Shown here piece by piece: positions 26,373-38,201 of a stretch of DNA of 64,000 bases (positions within the stretch are counted from its first letter, which is position 1; each line of letters opens with the position of its first letter). The DNA lies in NCBI RefSeq assembly GCF_963921235.1, contig NC_086101.1, forward strand, positions 5,706,001 through 5,770,000, in the 5' to 3' direction. The notes below the pieces were generated by a model, which did not search any database, was not told the DNA's origin, and was given only the letters and a program-made list of their open reading frames with translations. The DNA comes from Mobula hypostoma. Lineage: Eukaryota. The translations under genes were made by a program, and so were the position numbers.

Positions 26373-29300
26373 ATAGAAACATAGAAAATAGGTGCAGGAG
26401 TAGGCCATTCGGCCCTTCGAGCTTGCACCGCCATTCAGTATGATCATGACTGATCATCCAACTCAGAACCCTGTACCAGCCTTCCCTCCATACCCCCTGA
26501 TCCCCGTAGCCAGAAGGGCCATATCTAACTCCCTCTTAAATATAGCCAGTGAACTGGCCTCAACTGTTTCCTGTGGCAGAGAATTCCACAGACTCACCAC
26601 TCTCTGTGAAGAAGTTTTTCCTCATCTCGGTCCTAAAAGGCTTCCCCTTTATCCGCAAACTGTGACCCCTTGTTCTGGACTTCCCCAACATCGGGAACAA
26701 TCTTCCTGCATCTAGCCTGTCCAATCCCTTTAGGATTTTACATGTTTCAATAAGATTCCCCCTCAATCGTCTAAATTCCAACGAGTATAAGCCTAGTCGA
26801 TCCAGTCTTTCATCATATGAAAGTCCTGTCATCCCAGGAATCAATCTGGTGAACCTTCTTTGTACTCCCTCTATGGCAAAAATGTCTTTCCTCAAATTAG
26901 GGGACCAAAACTGCATACAGTACCCCAGGAGTGGTCTCACCAAGGCCTTGTACAACTGCAGTAGTACCTCCCTGCTCCTGTACTCGAGTCCTCTTGCTAC
27001 GAATGCCAGCATACCATTCGCCTTTTTCACCGCCTGCTATACCTGAATGCCCACTTTCAATGACTGGTGTATAATGACACACAGGTCTCGTTGCACTTCC
27101 CCTTTTCCTAATCGGCCACCATTCAGATAATAATCTGTTTTCCTGTTTTTTGCCACCAAAGTGGATAACCTCACATTTATCCACATTAAATTGCATCTGC
27201 CATGAATCTGGCCACTCACCTAACCTATCCAAGTCACCCTGCATTCTCTTGGCATCCTCCTCACAGCTAACACTGCCGCCCAGCTTCGTGTCATCCGTAA
27301 ACTTGGAGATGCTGCATTTATTTCCCTAATCTAGATCATTAATATATATTGTAAACAACTGGGGTCCCAGCACTCAGCCTTGCGGTATCCCACTAGTCAC
27401 TGCCTGCCATTCTGAAAATGTCCTGTTTATTCCGACTCTTTGCTTCCTGTCTGCCAACCAATTCCCTATCCACATCAATACCTTACCCCCAATACCGTGT
27501 GCATTAAGTTTACACACTAATCTCCTGTGTGGGACCTTGTCAAAAGCCTTTTGAAAATCCAAATATAACACATCCACTGGTTCTCCCCTAGCCACTCTAC
27601 TAGTTACATCCTCAAAAAATTCTGAGATTTGTCAGACATGATTTTCCTTTCACAAATCCATGCTGACTTAGTCTGATGATTTCACCGCTTTCCAAATGTG
27701 CTGTTATCACATCTTTGATAACTGACTCTAGCATTTTCCCCACCATCGATGTTAGGCTAACCGGTCTATAATTCCCCGGTTTCTCTCTCCTTCCTTTTTT
27801 AAAAAGTAGGGTTACATTAGCCACCCTCCAATCCTCAGGAACTAGTCCAGAATCTAAAGAGTTTTGAAAAATTATCACTAATGCATTCACTATTTCTTGG
27901 GCTACTTCCTTAAGCACTCTGAGATGCAGACCATCTGGCTCTGGGGATTTATCTGCCTTTAATCCCTTCAATTTACCTAACACCACTTCCCTACTGACAT
28001 GTATTTCCTTCAGTTCCTCCATCTCACTAGACCCTCTGTCCCCCACTATTTCCGGAAGATTATTTATGTCCTCCATGGTGAAGACAGAACCAAAGTAATT
28101 ATTCAATTGTTCTGCATGTCCTTGTTCCCCATAATCAATTCACCTGTTTCTGTCTGTAAGGGACCTGCATTTGTCTTAACCAATCTTTTTCTTTTCACAT
28201 ATCTGTAAAAGCTTTTACAGTCAGTTTTTATGTTCCCTGCCAGTTTTCTCTCATAATCTCTTTCCCTTTCCTAATTAAGCCCTTTGTCCTCCTTTGCTGG
28301 ACTCTGAATTTCTCCCAGTCCTCAGGTGAGCCGCTTTTTCTGGCTAATTTATGTTTCTTCTTTGGAATTGATACTATCCCTAATTTCCCTTGTCAGCCAC
28401 GGGTGCACTATCTTCCCTGATTTATTCTTTTGCCAGACTGGAATGAACAATTGTTGTAGTTCATCCATGTGATCTTTAAATGCTTGCCATTGCAAATCCA
28501 CCTTTAAGTATCATTTGCCAGTCTATCTTGGCTAATTCACGTCTCATACCTTCAAAATTACCCTTCTTTAAGTTCAGAACCTTTGATTCTGAATTAACTA
28601 TGTCACTCTCCATCCATGAAGAATTCCACCATATTATGGTCACTCTTACCCAAGGGGCCTCTCACAATAAGATTGCGAATTAACCCTTCCTCATTGCTCA
28701 ATACCCAGTCTAGAATGGCCTGCTTTCTAGTTGGTTCCGCGACATATTGGTTCAAAAAACCATCCCATATTCATTCCAAGAAATCCTCTTCCTCAGCACC
28801 CTTACCAATTTGGTTCACCCAATCTATATGTAGATTGAAGTCACCCATTATAACTGCTGTTCCTTTATGGCACACATTTCTAATTTCCTGTTTAATGCCA
28901 TCCCCAACCTCACTACTACTGTTAGGTGGCCTGTGCACCACTCCCACCAGCGTCTTCTGCCCCTTAGTGTTATGCAGCTCTACCCATATCGATTCCACAT
29001 CCTCCTGGCTAATGTCCTTCCTTTCTATTGCGTTAATCTCCTCTCTAACCAGAAATGCTACCCCACCTCCTTTTCATTCATGTCTATCCCTCCTGAATAT
29101 TGAATATCCCTGAATGTTGAGCTCCCATCCTTGGTCACCCTGGAGCCATGTCTCTGTGATCCCAACTATATCATATTCATTAATAACAATCTGGTCTTTT
29201 AATTTGTCCACCTTATTATGAATGCTCCTTGCATTGACACATAAAGCCTTCAGACTTGCTTTTACAACTCTCTTAGCCCTTATACAATTATGTTGAAAAG

Positions 29301-30782
29301 TGGCACTCTTTGATTTTTGCCCTGGATTTGCCGGCCTGCCACTTTTACTTTTCACCTTACTACTTTTTGCTTCTCTCCTCATTTTACACCCCTCTGTCTC
29401 TCTGCACTTGTTGCCATCCCCCTGTTGTGAACTAACCTCCTCTCTCCTAGTCTCTTTAATTTGATTCCCACCCCCCAACCATTCTAGTTTAACGTCACCT
29501 CAGTAGCCCTCGTAAATCTCCCCGCCAGGATATTGGTCCCCCTAGGATTCAAGTGTAACCCGTCGATTTTGTACAGGTCACACCTGCGCTAAAAGAGGTC
29601 CCAATGATCCAAAAACTTGAATCCCTGCCCCCTGCTCCAATCCCTCAGCCACGCATTTATCCTCCACCTCATCGCATTCCTACTCTCACTGGCGCGTGGC
29701 ACAGGCAGTAATCCTGAGATTACTACCTTTGCGGTCCTTTTTCTCAACTCCCTTCCTAACTCCCTATATTCTCTTTTCAGGACCCCTTCCCTTTTCCGAC
29801 CTATGTCATTGGTACCTATATGTACCACGACCTCTGGCTCATCACCCTCCCACTTCAGGATATCTTGGACGCAATCAGAAAATTCCCGGACCCTGGCACC
29901 AGGGAGGCAAACTACCATCCGGGTCTCTGGACTGCATCCACAGAATCGCCTATCTGACCCCCTTACTATCGAGTCCCCTATTACTACTGCCCTCCTCTTC
30001 CTTTCCCTACCCTTCTGAGCTACAGGGCCGGACTCTGTGCCGGAGGCACGGCCACTGTCGCTTCCCCCGGGTAAGCTGTTCCCCCCAACAGTACTCAAAC
30101 AGGAGTACCTGTTGTCAAGGGGCACAGCCACCGGGGTACTCTCTATTACCTGACTCCTCCCCTTCCCCCTCCTAACTGTGACCCACCTGTCTGCCTCCCG
30201 TGGCCCCTGCGTGACCACCTGCCTGCAACTCCTCTCTATCAACTCCTCACTCTCCCTGACCAGACAAAGGTCATTGAGCTGCAGCTCCAGTTCCCTAACG
30301 CGGTCCCTTAGGAGCTGTATCTCGGCGCACCTGGCACAGATGTGGTTGTCCGGGAGGCTTAGAGACTCCAGGGCCTCCCACATCCGGCACCAAGAACAAC
30401 AAACTGCCCTCACACTCATACTGCCCATCTCCTCAAATAACAACAAAAAATGAATACAAAACTCTCTTCACCTGGCCTATTTCTGCCTAAGCCCGTTGAG
30501 CCGAAGCCCTTAAGCCTTCACTCTGCTCCTGGCTCACTTCGCCGCCCGCAAACTACGCTGCCCGCTGTATGAGGCTCTGTTCCTTTTAAATGTTCCGTGG
30601 TGCACTGCCCGACGTCACACGCCTGCGCAGTCCCGCCTCTGTATACGCTGATGAAAAAAATATCGAAAAATTCAAAAATGGCTTCCTCCGCACTCCCGCT
30701 CCGATTCTCAGACTTCCTTCTCCGAATTAAACCCGAAGCAGGATTTCTGTCCTTTTAAATCTTCCTCGCTTCACTGCCCGAT
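26373..30782 (-). mobile_element. Full-length CR1 LINE (5'UTR, ORF1 zinc-finger/coiled-coil/SGNH esterase, disrupted ORF2)
   Basis: ORF1 29589-30446 has CxxC...HxCxxC, VIGDSIVRG and VHIGTNDIG. ORF2 has NARS, GITETW and YLDFQKAFD, followed by a tagaaac-type tail. Confidence 0.93.
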
Positions 30783-30994
30783 GGTTATTATCTTTACCTT
30801 TTGTTCTGACAGGCAAACAGAAGCTTTATACTTCCAAAATTTCACTTTCAAAGACTTACCACTCACCAAGTACACCATTGCCAGAAAACAGTCTGTCCCA
30901 ATCCACGCTTGCCCTATCCTTTCTGATAGCATCAAAATTGGTCTTTCACCAATTTAGAATCTCAATCCGAGGACCAGGCCTATATATTTCCATA

Positions 30995-31278
30995 AACAAC
31001 AGGAATTCTGCAGATGCTGGAAATTCAAGCAACACACATCAAAGTTGCTGGTGAACGCAGCAGGCCAGGCAGCATCTCTAGGAAGAGGCGCAGTCGACGT
31101 TTCAGGCCGAGACCCTTCGTCAGGACTAACTGAAGGAAGAGTAAGTACTTTCAAATCTCTTACTCACTCTTCCTTCAGTTAGTCCTGACTAAGGGTCTCG
31201 GCCTGAAACGTCGACTTCACCTCTTCCTAGAGATGCTGCCTGGTCTGCTGCGTTCACCAGCAACTTTGATGTGTGTTG
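30995..31278. mobile_element. 284-bp fold-back Penelope mini-insertion (inverted pLTR arms plus tail)
   Basis: Arms ~31029-31145 and ~31160-31278 are reverse complements. 15-bp TSD CTATATATTTCCATA (30980-30994 / 31279-31293). Confidence 0.92.
31092..31127 (-). ncRNA. Minimal type-I hammerhead ribozyme motif (intact core)
   Basis: AGTC-CTGACGA-AGG gtctcgg CCT-GAAAC-GTC-GACT: stem I AGTC/GACT, CUGANGA box, stem II, GAAA box, palindromic ACGT in place of stem III, GUC cleavage triplet. Confidence 0.8.
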
Positions 31279-31293
31279 CTATATATTTCCATA

Positions 31294-33030
31294 TTTACTT
31301 TGAATCTAATGGCATTATGATTCGTAGATGCAGAGTCTTCCCCTGCACAAAGACCCATCACTTCCCTGTCTCATTCCCAAATAGCAGATCCAGTATTGCA
31401 CACTCTCTCATTGGGACTTCCGTTCTGATAAAGGAAACTTTCCTGAACACATTTGACAAACTCTATCCCACCTAGTCCTTTAACAGTATGGGAGCCACAG
31501 TCAATATGTGGAAAATTAAAATAATCTACTCTAACAACCTTATGTTTCCTGCAACAATCTGTGATCTTTCTTATTCCTCAGTTCCACTCGTAAAGCCTCA
31601 CTCGAACAGTTCTCCAGTCTGTCCTGGCTGAGCACTGGCAGGACATTTCCCCTGACTAATAACACCACTCCTCCTCCTTCAATCCATCCTGCTCTGTCAT
31701 GTGTAAAACAACGGAACCCCCGTATAGTGAGCTGTCAGTCCTGTCCCCACTGCAACCAAGTCTCACTAACGGCTATAAAATCGTAATTCCATGTGCTGAT
31801 CCATGCCCTGAGCTCACCTGCCTTTGAAATATACACAGCTCAGGACATTGGACACACCATGCGCAACCTTTTGATTCCTGACTTTGCCTGAGGACTTAAC
31901 AACACCAGTATCCACAATCTGGTTCCCATTCCCCTGCAACTCTAATTTAAACTACCCACCCACCCCACCCCGTGCAGCATGAGATATCTTCCCTACGAGG
32001 ATATTAGTCCCCTTCTAGTTCAGGAGCAAAGCGGATCTTCTGTACAGTCCCACATACCCTGTATGAGTGCCCATTGATCAAAAAATCTGATGGCCTCCCT
32101 CCTGCACAAACTCCTTAGCCACATGTTAAACTGTACAATCTTCCTGACTGCCCTCTCTAGCCCATGGCACAGGTAGCATTCCTGGGATCACAACCCTGCA
32201 GTTCCTGCCCTTTAACTCCCTGAACTCACTTGGCAGAAGCTCGTCACTCCTTGTGCCAATGTCACTGGTACCTACATGGACCACGGCCTTTGGCTGCTCG
32301 CCCTCCCACTCAATCTGAGATGTTCCAGGCCCCGGCATCCAGGAGGCAACATATCACCTGGGAACCTTGTTCTCGTCCATAGACCTCTTTCTGTTCCCCT
32401 AACTAATGATTCCCTATTACCACAGTCTGCCTCTTCTCCCCCATTCCCTTCTGAGTCAGAGCCAGACTCTGTGCCAGAGACATGACCACTGTGACGTTTC
32501 TCTGCTAGGTAATCCCCCCACCTCCGAACGATATCCAAAGTGGATACGTTGGATGTCCACAGTGATACTCTTGAGGGAGATGGCCACGGTGATACTCTTG
32601 AGGGAGATGGTCATGGTGATACTGTTGAGGGGGATGACCACAGGTGTACTCTGCACTGGCTGGCCAACCCCTTCCCTCTTCCTGACGGTCACCCAGTTTC
32701 CTATATTCTACACCCTGGGTGTAACTATCTGTCTATATGTCCAATCTGTCACCCCCTCAGCCTCCTGAATGATCCGGTGTTCATTCAGTTCCAGGTTCAA
32801 CTCCTTACAGTGGATTGCTGGAAGCTGCAGCTGGATGCACTTCTGGCAGGTGAAGTTGTCAGGGACACTAAAGATCTCCCTGCCTTCCCACAAACTACCA
32901 AGAAGAGCATTGCACTATCCTGCCCAGCAATGCTAAGTGAACATATATAAAGGAAAAACAATCAATAAACTGTAAAGGGAATGAAATCTACCTACAGCTT
33001 TTCACTTTCTCTGACTAAAGCCTCACGTCA
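31294..33030 (-). mobile_element. Old CR1 5' half (ORF1 plus APE), decayed
   Basis: Peptides CQKCIQLQL and VVHVGTSDIG. Contains a 27-bp x3 tandem duplication at ~32562-32642. Confidence 0.8.
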
Positions 33031-33815
33031 CTGAACGATTTCTCATGCTTCGGATCTCCGATTGGCCGTTGCTCAATCGTTCTTTATGTTTTGTGCTTTT
33101 TCTTAGCTGAATCGGATCCGGAGTAACAATAATTTCGTTCTCGTTTCCACTTGTGTACTGGAAATGATATTACTGTACATAGTTTTCATTAATGATGGAT
33201 GTTTGGAGTTCAGTTCATTGCAGTGCCATATTCAACCACAGGGTGGCGGTGACGGGCGGCCAAGAGTCCTGCGCAGTTTCACGGAGCAGGATCCCCACCT
33301 GCTGGTGGGAACCGGTACAGCAGGAGGAGCGGAAAGAAAATGAGGCAACTCTCGGTGGCGGTGGGGAACAGGGGCAAGAATTTATTGTTTACGGAATGTG
33401 GGCTCCAACAGCAGGACCAACATTTACTGCCACCGAATGCCCTTGAAAAATGAGCGACTTAAGCTACTACATTCCGTGTGGTGTCATCCATATAAATCTG
33501 TTCTTAACAAGATTGTTAAACATTGTTTATTAAGGTTAGTATTCTATTAACATAGTGGTCGCCAACCTTTTTAAGCCCAAGATCCCCTACCTCGGCCTTA
33601 TTGAAAGGCAAGATCGACTTCGACTCATGGATGCGCACCGGGCAGAAAAGACTGTAAGTAAAACCCCACAACCCTTTCTTCCTTTTCTTCTCCGTCTTGT
33701 TTTACGGCGGTTGGCACCCAGCTTAATGGTGCATTCCCGCCACCTCCTGCTCTGGAGTGTACAATAGACTTACATTCGAAATCCCTTCACCCAATCACAC
33801 ACACATATATACCCT

Positions 33816-34691
33816 CAACACACATCAAAGTTGCTGGTGAACGCAGCAGGCCAGGCAGCATCTCTCGGAAGAGATACAGTCGACGTTTCAGGCCGAGACC
33901 CTTCGTCAGGACTAACTGAAGGAAGAGTTAGTAAGAGATTTGAAAGTGGGAGGGGGAGATCCAAAATGATAGGAGAAGAATGGAGCCAAGAGCTGGACAG
34001 GTGATTGGCAAAGGGGATATGAGAGGATCATGGGACAGGAGGTCCAGGGAGAAAGAAAAGGGGGAGGGGGGTAAAAAACCCAGAGGATGGGTAAGGGGCA
34101 TAGTCAGAGGGACAGAGGGAGAAAGAATGTGTGTATAAAAATAAATAACGGATGGGGTACGAGGGGGAGGTGGGGCATTAGCGGAAGTTAGAGAAGTCAA
34201 TGTTGAACTTCCGCTAAGGATGACATGAACATTGACTTCTCTAATTTCCGCTAATGCCCCACCTCCCCCTCGTACCCCATCCGTTATTTATTTATATACA
34301 CACATTCTTTCTCTCTCTCTCCTTTTTCTCCCTCTGTCCCTCGGACTAATCTCCTTACCCATCCTCTGGGTTTTTTACCTCCCCTCCCCCTTGTCTTTCT
34401 CCCCAGACCTCCTGCCCCATGATCCTCTCATATCCCCTTTGCCAATTACCTGTCCAGCTCTTGGCTCCATCCCTCCCCCTCCTGTCTTCTCCTATCATTT
34501 TGGATCACCCCCTCCCCCTCCCACTTTCAAATCTCTTACTTGCTCTTCTTTCAGTTAGTCCTGCCGACGGGTCTCGGCCTGAACTGTCGACGGTACCTCT
34601 TCCTAGAGATGCTGCCTGGCCTGCTGCGTTCACCAGCGACTTTGATGTGTGTTGCTTGAATTTCCAGCATCTGCAGATTTCCTGTTGTTTG
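33816..34691. mobile_element. Penelope insertion made of two inverted pLTRs
   Basis: 33816-34205 is the reverse complement of ~34231-34655. 14-bp TSD CACATATATACCCT (33802-33815 / 34692-34705). Confidence 0.9.
33878..33913 (-). ncRNA. Minimal type-I hammerhead ribozyme motif (intact core)
   Basis: AGTCCTGACGAAGGGTCTCGGCCTGAAACGTCGACT, identical to 31127-31092. Confidence 0.8.
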
Positions 34692-35884
34692 CACATATAT
34701 ACCCTGACCTCCACTTTATCCTCCCATCTTTGGCCTTCCTAGTACCCTATTCCTGCTTATCCATCATACCCTATATAAAAAAAACCGTGTCCCTTAAAAA
34801 CACGAAAAATACCCTGACCTGTGCTCTCTCACCCATGCCCAGCAACCCTTTTAATGTGAATTCCTGCATCCTCAATTCCCTAAGATTAATTCTCCTCATC
34901 TCTCTCTGTATCCCATACTTCCTGCAACTCAGAACTACATGTTCTACTGACTCCTCTTCCTGACATTCCTCACACAATCCTGTCTGGTGTTTCCCTATCA
35001 TCTTCAATGTTTTGTTTAATGCCCAGTGCCCCAGCCTTAACCTAGTCCACACAGTTTCCTGTCTTCTGTAACCACCCGCAACCCCGGAAACAACCTCTCT
35101 TTACAAACAGCTTTCTGTAGCAGGAGTATTGTTATATGACCATTATCCTAATTAGTATTACCTATTTTTATAATGCTCACATAACAACACCTTTAATTCA
35201 ATGTTTCATTATTTAATTTTATTTCAACACGAAAAATAAAGGAATAAAAATTGACTGTTGCACTCAGTGTGATTTCTGGGGCTGAATACTTTCTGCTAGT
35301 TCCCTGAAATTTGGCTCATAACTACAGACCGCCAGTCTGAGACAGTCTGTGAGGTGTCTGTCAGTAAGACAGCTCCATACTTACAAATAGAAGATTTAAT
35401 AATTTTCATCTGTTGCAGCACAGCGCCCTCGCAAACCTCCGGACAGACTGAATATTTGAATAGACAGTTTCCTTTGTTAGACTGAATGTTGAATCTGCCA
35501 CATTTTTCAGGTGTTTTGTATTGGTAAACTGTTACTGAAACACCAGTATAAGTTTCAGGGATACGCAAGCTAATGACACCACTGCTTTTTGTTTCCCAGT
35601 TCTTTTACATTTGGGGAATGTTGGAATTTGAAGGGGGAGAAATGTTGTAATGGGAGCATTATAAAGATAAGTTAACACCAATGAGGATAATGGTAATATA
35701 GCAATACTCCCGCTGTTTGTAAAGAGAGGGTGTTTCTGGGGTTGCGGGGTTTTGCTTCCGGTCTTTTCTGCCCGGTGCACATTTTTCTTTTTTTTTCGGG
35801 ATCTACTGGGAAAGTCTCAAAGATCGACCGGTCGATTGTGATCGACTGGTTGGCGACCATAGGATAATTAATATCTCTGTCAAT

Positions 35885-37372
35885 TCAAACGGGTGGTCAC
35901 TGGGAGATGACGGATTGGAATGGGAAGTGGAATTAAAATGGGTGACACTTCTGTTGGGGTCATTTACTGTGTTCTGTGCTCCCAGTGTGGCCACCTGTAT
36001 ATCTGTGAGACCCGACGTAGATTGGGAGACCACTTCACCGAGCACCTATACTCCATCCACCAGAACAAGTGGTATCTCCCAGTGGCCACTCATTTTAATT
36101 CCACTTCCCATTCCCATTCCGATACGTGCACCAATCACCTCCTCTACTGTCGTGATGAGGCCACACTTAGGTTAGAGGAACAACATTTTATATTACGTTT
36201 GGGTAGCCTCCAACCTGATGGCATGAATATCGACTTCTCCAACTTCCAGTAATGCCCCCCCACCCTTCCTCCTTCACCATTTTCCCTCCCTCAGCTGATT
36301 TCCTCGCCCACCCATCGCCTCCCTCTGGTGCTCCTCCCCCTTTTTCTTTCTTCCGTGGCCTTCTGTCTCTTTCACCAATCTCTTCCCAGCTCTTTACTTC
36401 ATCCCTCTCCCTGCAGGTTTCACCTGTCACCTGGTGTTTCTCTCTCCCCTCCCCGCAAACTTTTATATCTACTCCTCAGCTTTGTTTTTTCTCCAGTCCT
36501 GCTGAAGGGTCTCGACCCAAAACCTCGACTGTGCTTTTTTCCATCTGTGCTGCCTGGACTGCTGAGTTCCTCCAGCATTTTGTGTGGGGAAGTCAGCAGG
36601 CCATGCGGTATCTATGGAAAGGATTACAGTCAGTGTTTCCGGCTGAAACCCTTCAGCAGGATTGGAGAGGGAGGGGAGAAGTCAGAGTGAGAAGGTGGGG
36701 GAATGTGAGGAAGATGTACACGGTGGCAGGTGATAGGTGGAGATTCCAGGAGAGGGAATTGGCATGGAATACGAACTCCAGGGATTCGGACTGATGTGAT
36801 GCACGTTTCCTGAATTTCCTCGAACAAAAATAGGTTTGAAACCAACTAACTGATTCCTGCTGGGATCCCGGTTCTATTTGTCTCATTCATCTGGGCAGCC
36901 TGCAACCTAGCGGCACGAATATCAAATTCCCAATCTTCCCGTATTTACTCCCTCACCCTCTCTCTCACTTTTCCCTTTTAATTCTCTCTGCCCTCCTGAT
37001 CCACCAACCCCCATCACCCTGTCTCTTCCCCCTCCTCCCCACACTCCCCGTCTGCCCATCCCCCAAACACTCCCCCCAACTCCTTCCCTTTATTCTGGGC
37101 TCTGCTTTCCTCTCCTAACAGATTCCATCATCTTTGTCACTGCCGCCTCTCACCTCCCAGCTTCTGACACTTGTCCACCCTCTACCCCTCCCTCATCTGA
37201 CTCACATGGATCCACCCACCACCTGTCAGCTCCTACCCCACCCTTCTCTTCATCAGTCAACACTGGTCACCTCTCCTTTTCTTTTCAGCCCAACTGAAGG
37301 GCATCGAGCCAAAACGTCAATTATCCATTTCCCTCTATAGATGCTGCCCGACACGCTGAGATTCTCCAGCCT
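35885..37372 (+). mobile_element. Cluster of Penelope-like fragments (GIY-YIG plus pLTRs, partly inverted)
   Basis: Peptide GVIYCVLCSQCGHLYICETRRRLGDHF...LGSLQPDGMNIDFSNF. Degenerate hammerheads at 36495-36530, 36628-36663 and ~37287-37322. Confidence 0.85.
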
Positions 37373-37609
37373 GTTACCATCACATGTCCAGGCTCCCCAA
37401 GAGTCACCGTGACCTCCCTCTCCCAGTCAGCACCACCACCACTTGTCCCACTTCATCTGTCCCGGTGCGAGTGGACTTTAGCACCCGGGGGGAGCCGGGG
37501 AGCTCAGGACCCGCCACCCGCGGCTGCTGCTGAATCCGCGGTGTTTCTGTCCCGTTGACGGATGCGGTGAACGAGTTAAAATTAACGGATCGATAATTCT
37601 CACATCGTG

Positions 37610-37615
37610 TTTATT
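37610..37615 (-). terminator. AATAAA polyadenylation signal of the TRIM gene
   Basis: tttatt on the plus strand, 53 nt downstream of the natural TAA (37671-37669). Confidence 0.7.
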
Positions 37616-37668
37616 TCACTCTCTGCACATTTATATTTACACTGACGCCGGTCCCGGACCCGACCCGT

Positions 37669-38201
37669 TTACAGACCCGGAGAGGAACCGGAGCAGATTC
37701 TCAGCCAGTGGTTTCCATACCAAGTCCCGAAGAAAGGATAAAGTTTCCCCGTGAATTTATTTCCAGTGAAGGTGTGGAGATGGGACTTGGTCTCCGCGTT
37801 GTAAAATGAAACTGTCCCGGACTGGTAACTGAGATAAACTCCCACCCTCCCGGGGATGGGACCGGCAGGGAGACGGGACTCAGGGGAGGTGTAAACCTAC
37901 ATCTCGTCATTAACCCGCCCGATGGTCCAGAATCCGGTCTCCGGACTCAGTCTCAACAATCTCTTCCTCTCCACAGACTCTGCGGCGACTCCCAGACACC
38001 AGCGCCGATTCCCCGTCACCTCCACCTCCCAGTAATGTCTCCCCGATGTGAATCCCTCCGATCCCAGCACACAAACCCAGTGTGTGAACCTCTTCCCGGT
38101 GTCAGGGAGACTCCTCCGGGTCTCGGTCCATCTCACACTCTTCCGATCCTCAGACACCTCGAGCCGCGGACTCGCCGTTTCCACATCCAGGGTGACAGAG
38201 A
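37669..38201 (-). pseudogene. Terminal B30.2 (PRY-SPRY) exon of the TRIM gene, with an in-frame premature TAG at 37899-37897
   Basis: Acceptor ttctctgcttctccccccAG|TC TCT GTC ACC CTG GAT. Translation: VSVTLDVETASPRLEVSEDRKSV...RFTHWVCVLGSEGFTSGRHYWEVEV...FWTIGRVNDEM*VYTSPESRLPAGPIPGRVGVYLSYQSGTVSFYNAETKSHLHTFTGNKFTGKLYPFFGTWYGNHWLRICSGSSPGL*. It has recognisable PRY (TLD), YWEVEV, RVGVYL, VSFYN and LYPFF motifs. Confidence 0.92.

Larger units (their letters stand above)
33675..35074 (-). mobile_element. Nimb/I-group LINE 3' end
   Basis: C-terminal zinc knuckle peptide TRLRLGH...GLCEECQEEESVEHVVLSC. Approximate TSD ccc(a/g)caaccc (33665-33674 / 35075-35084). Confidence 0.75.
33553..35862. mobile_element. 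hAT-like non-autonomous DNA transposon hosting nested retroelements
   Basis: Terminal inverted repeats TGGTCGCCAACC / GGTTGGCGACCA. Long subterminal inverted repeats (33635-33674 plus 35075-35190 versus 35640-35780). No clean 8-bp TSD. Confidence 0.7.

Noticed and set aside
32562..32642. 27-bp x3 repeat giving DTLEGDGHG peptide repeats
   Set aside because: It is a local tandem duplication within a dead CR1 ORF1, and the plus-strand ORF is an antisense artefact.
37701..37910. ORF MTRCRFTPP... as a frameshifted continuation of B30.2
   Set aside because: The real SPRY C-terminus continues in the original frame after the TAG. This ORF is an off-frame shadow.
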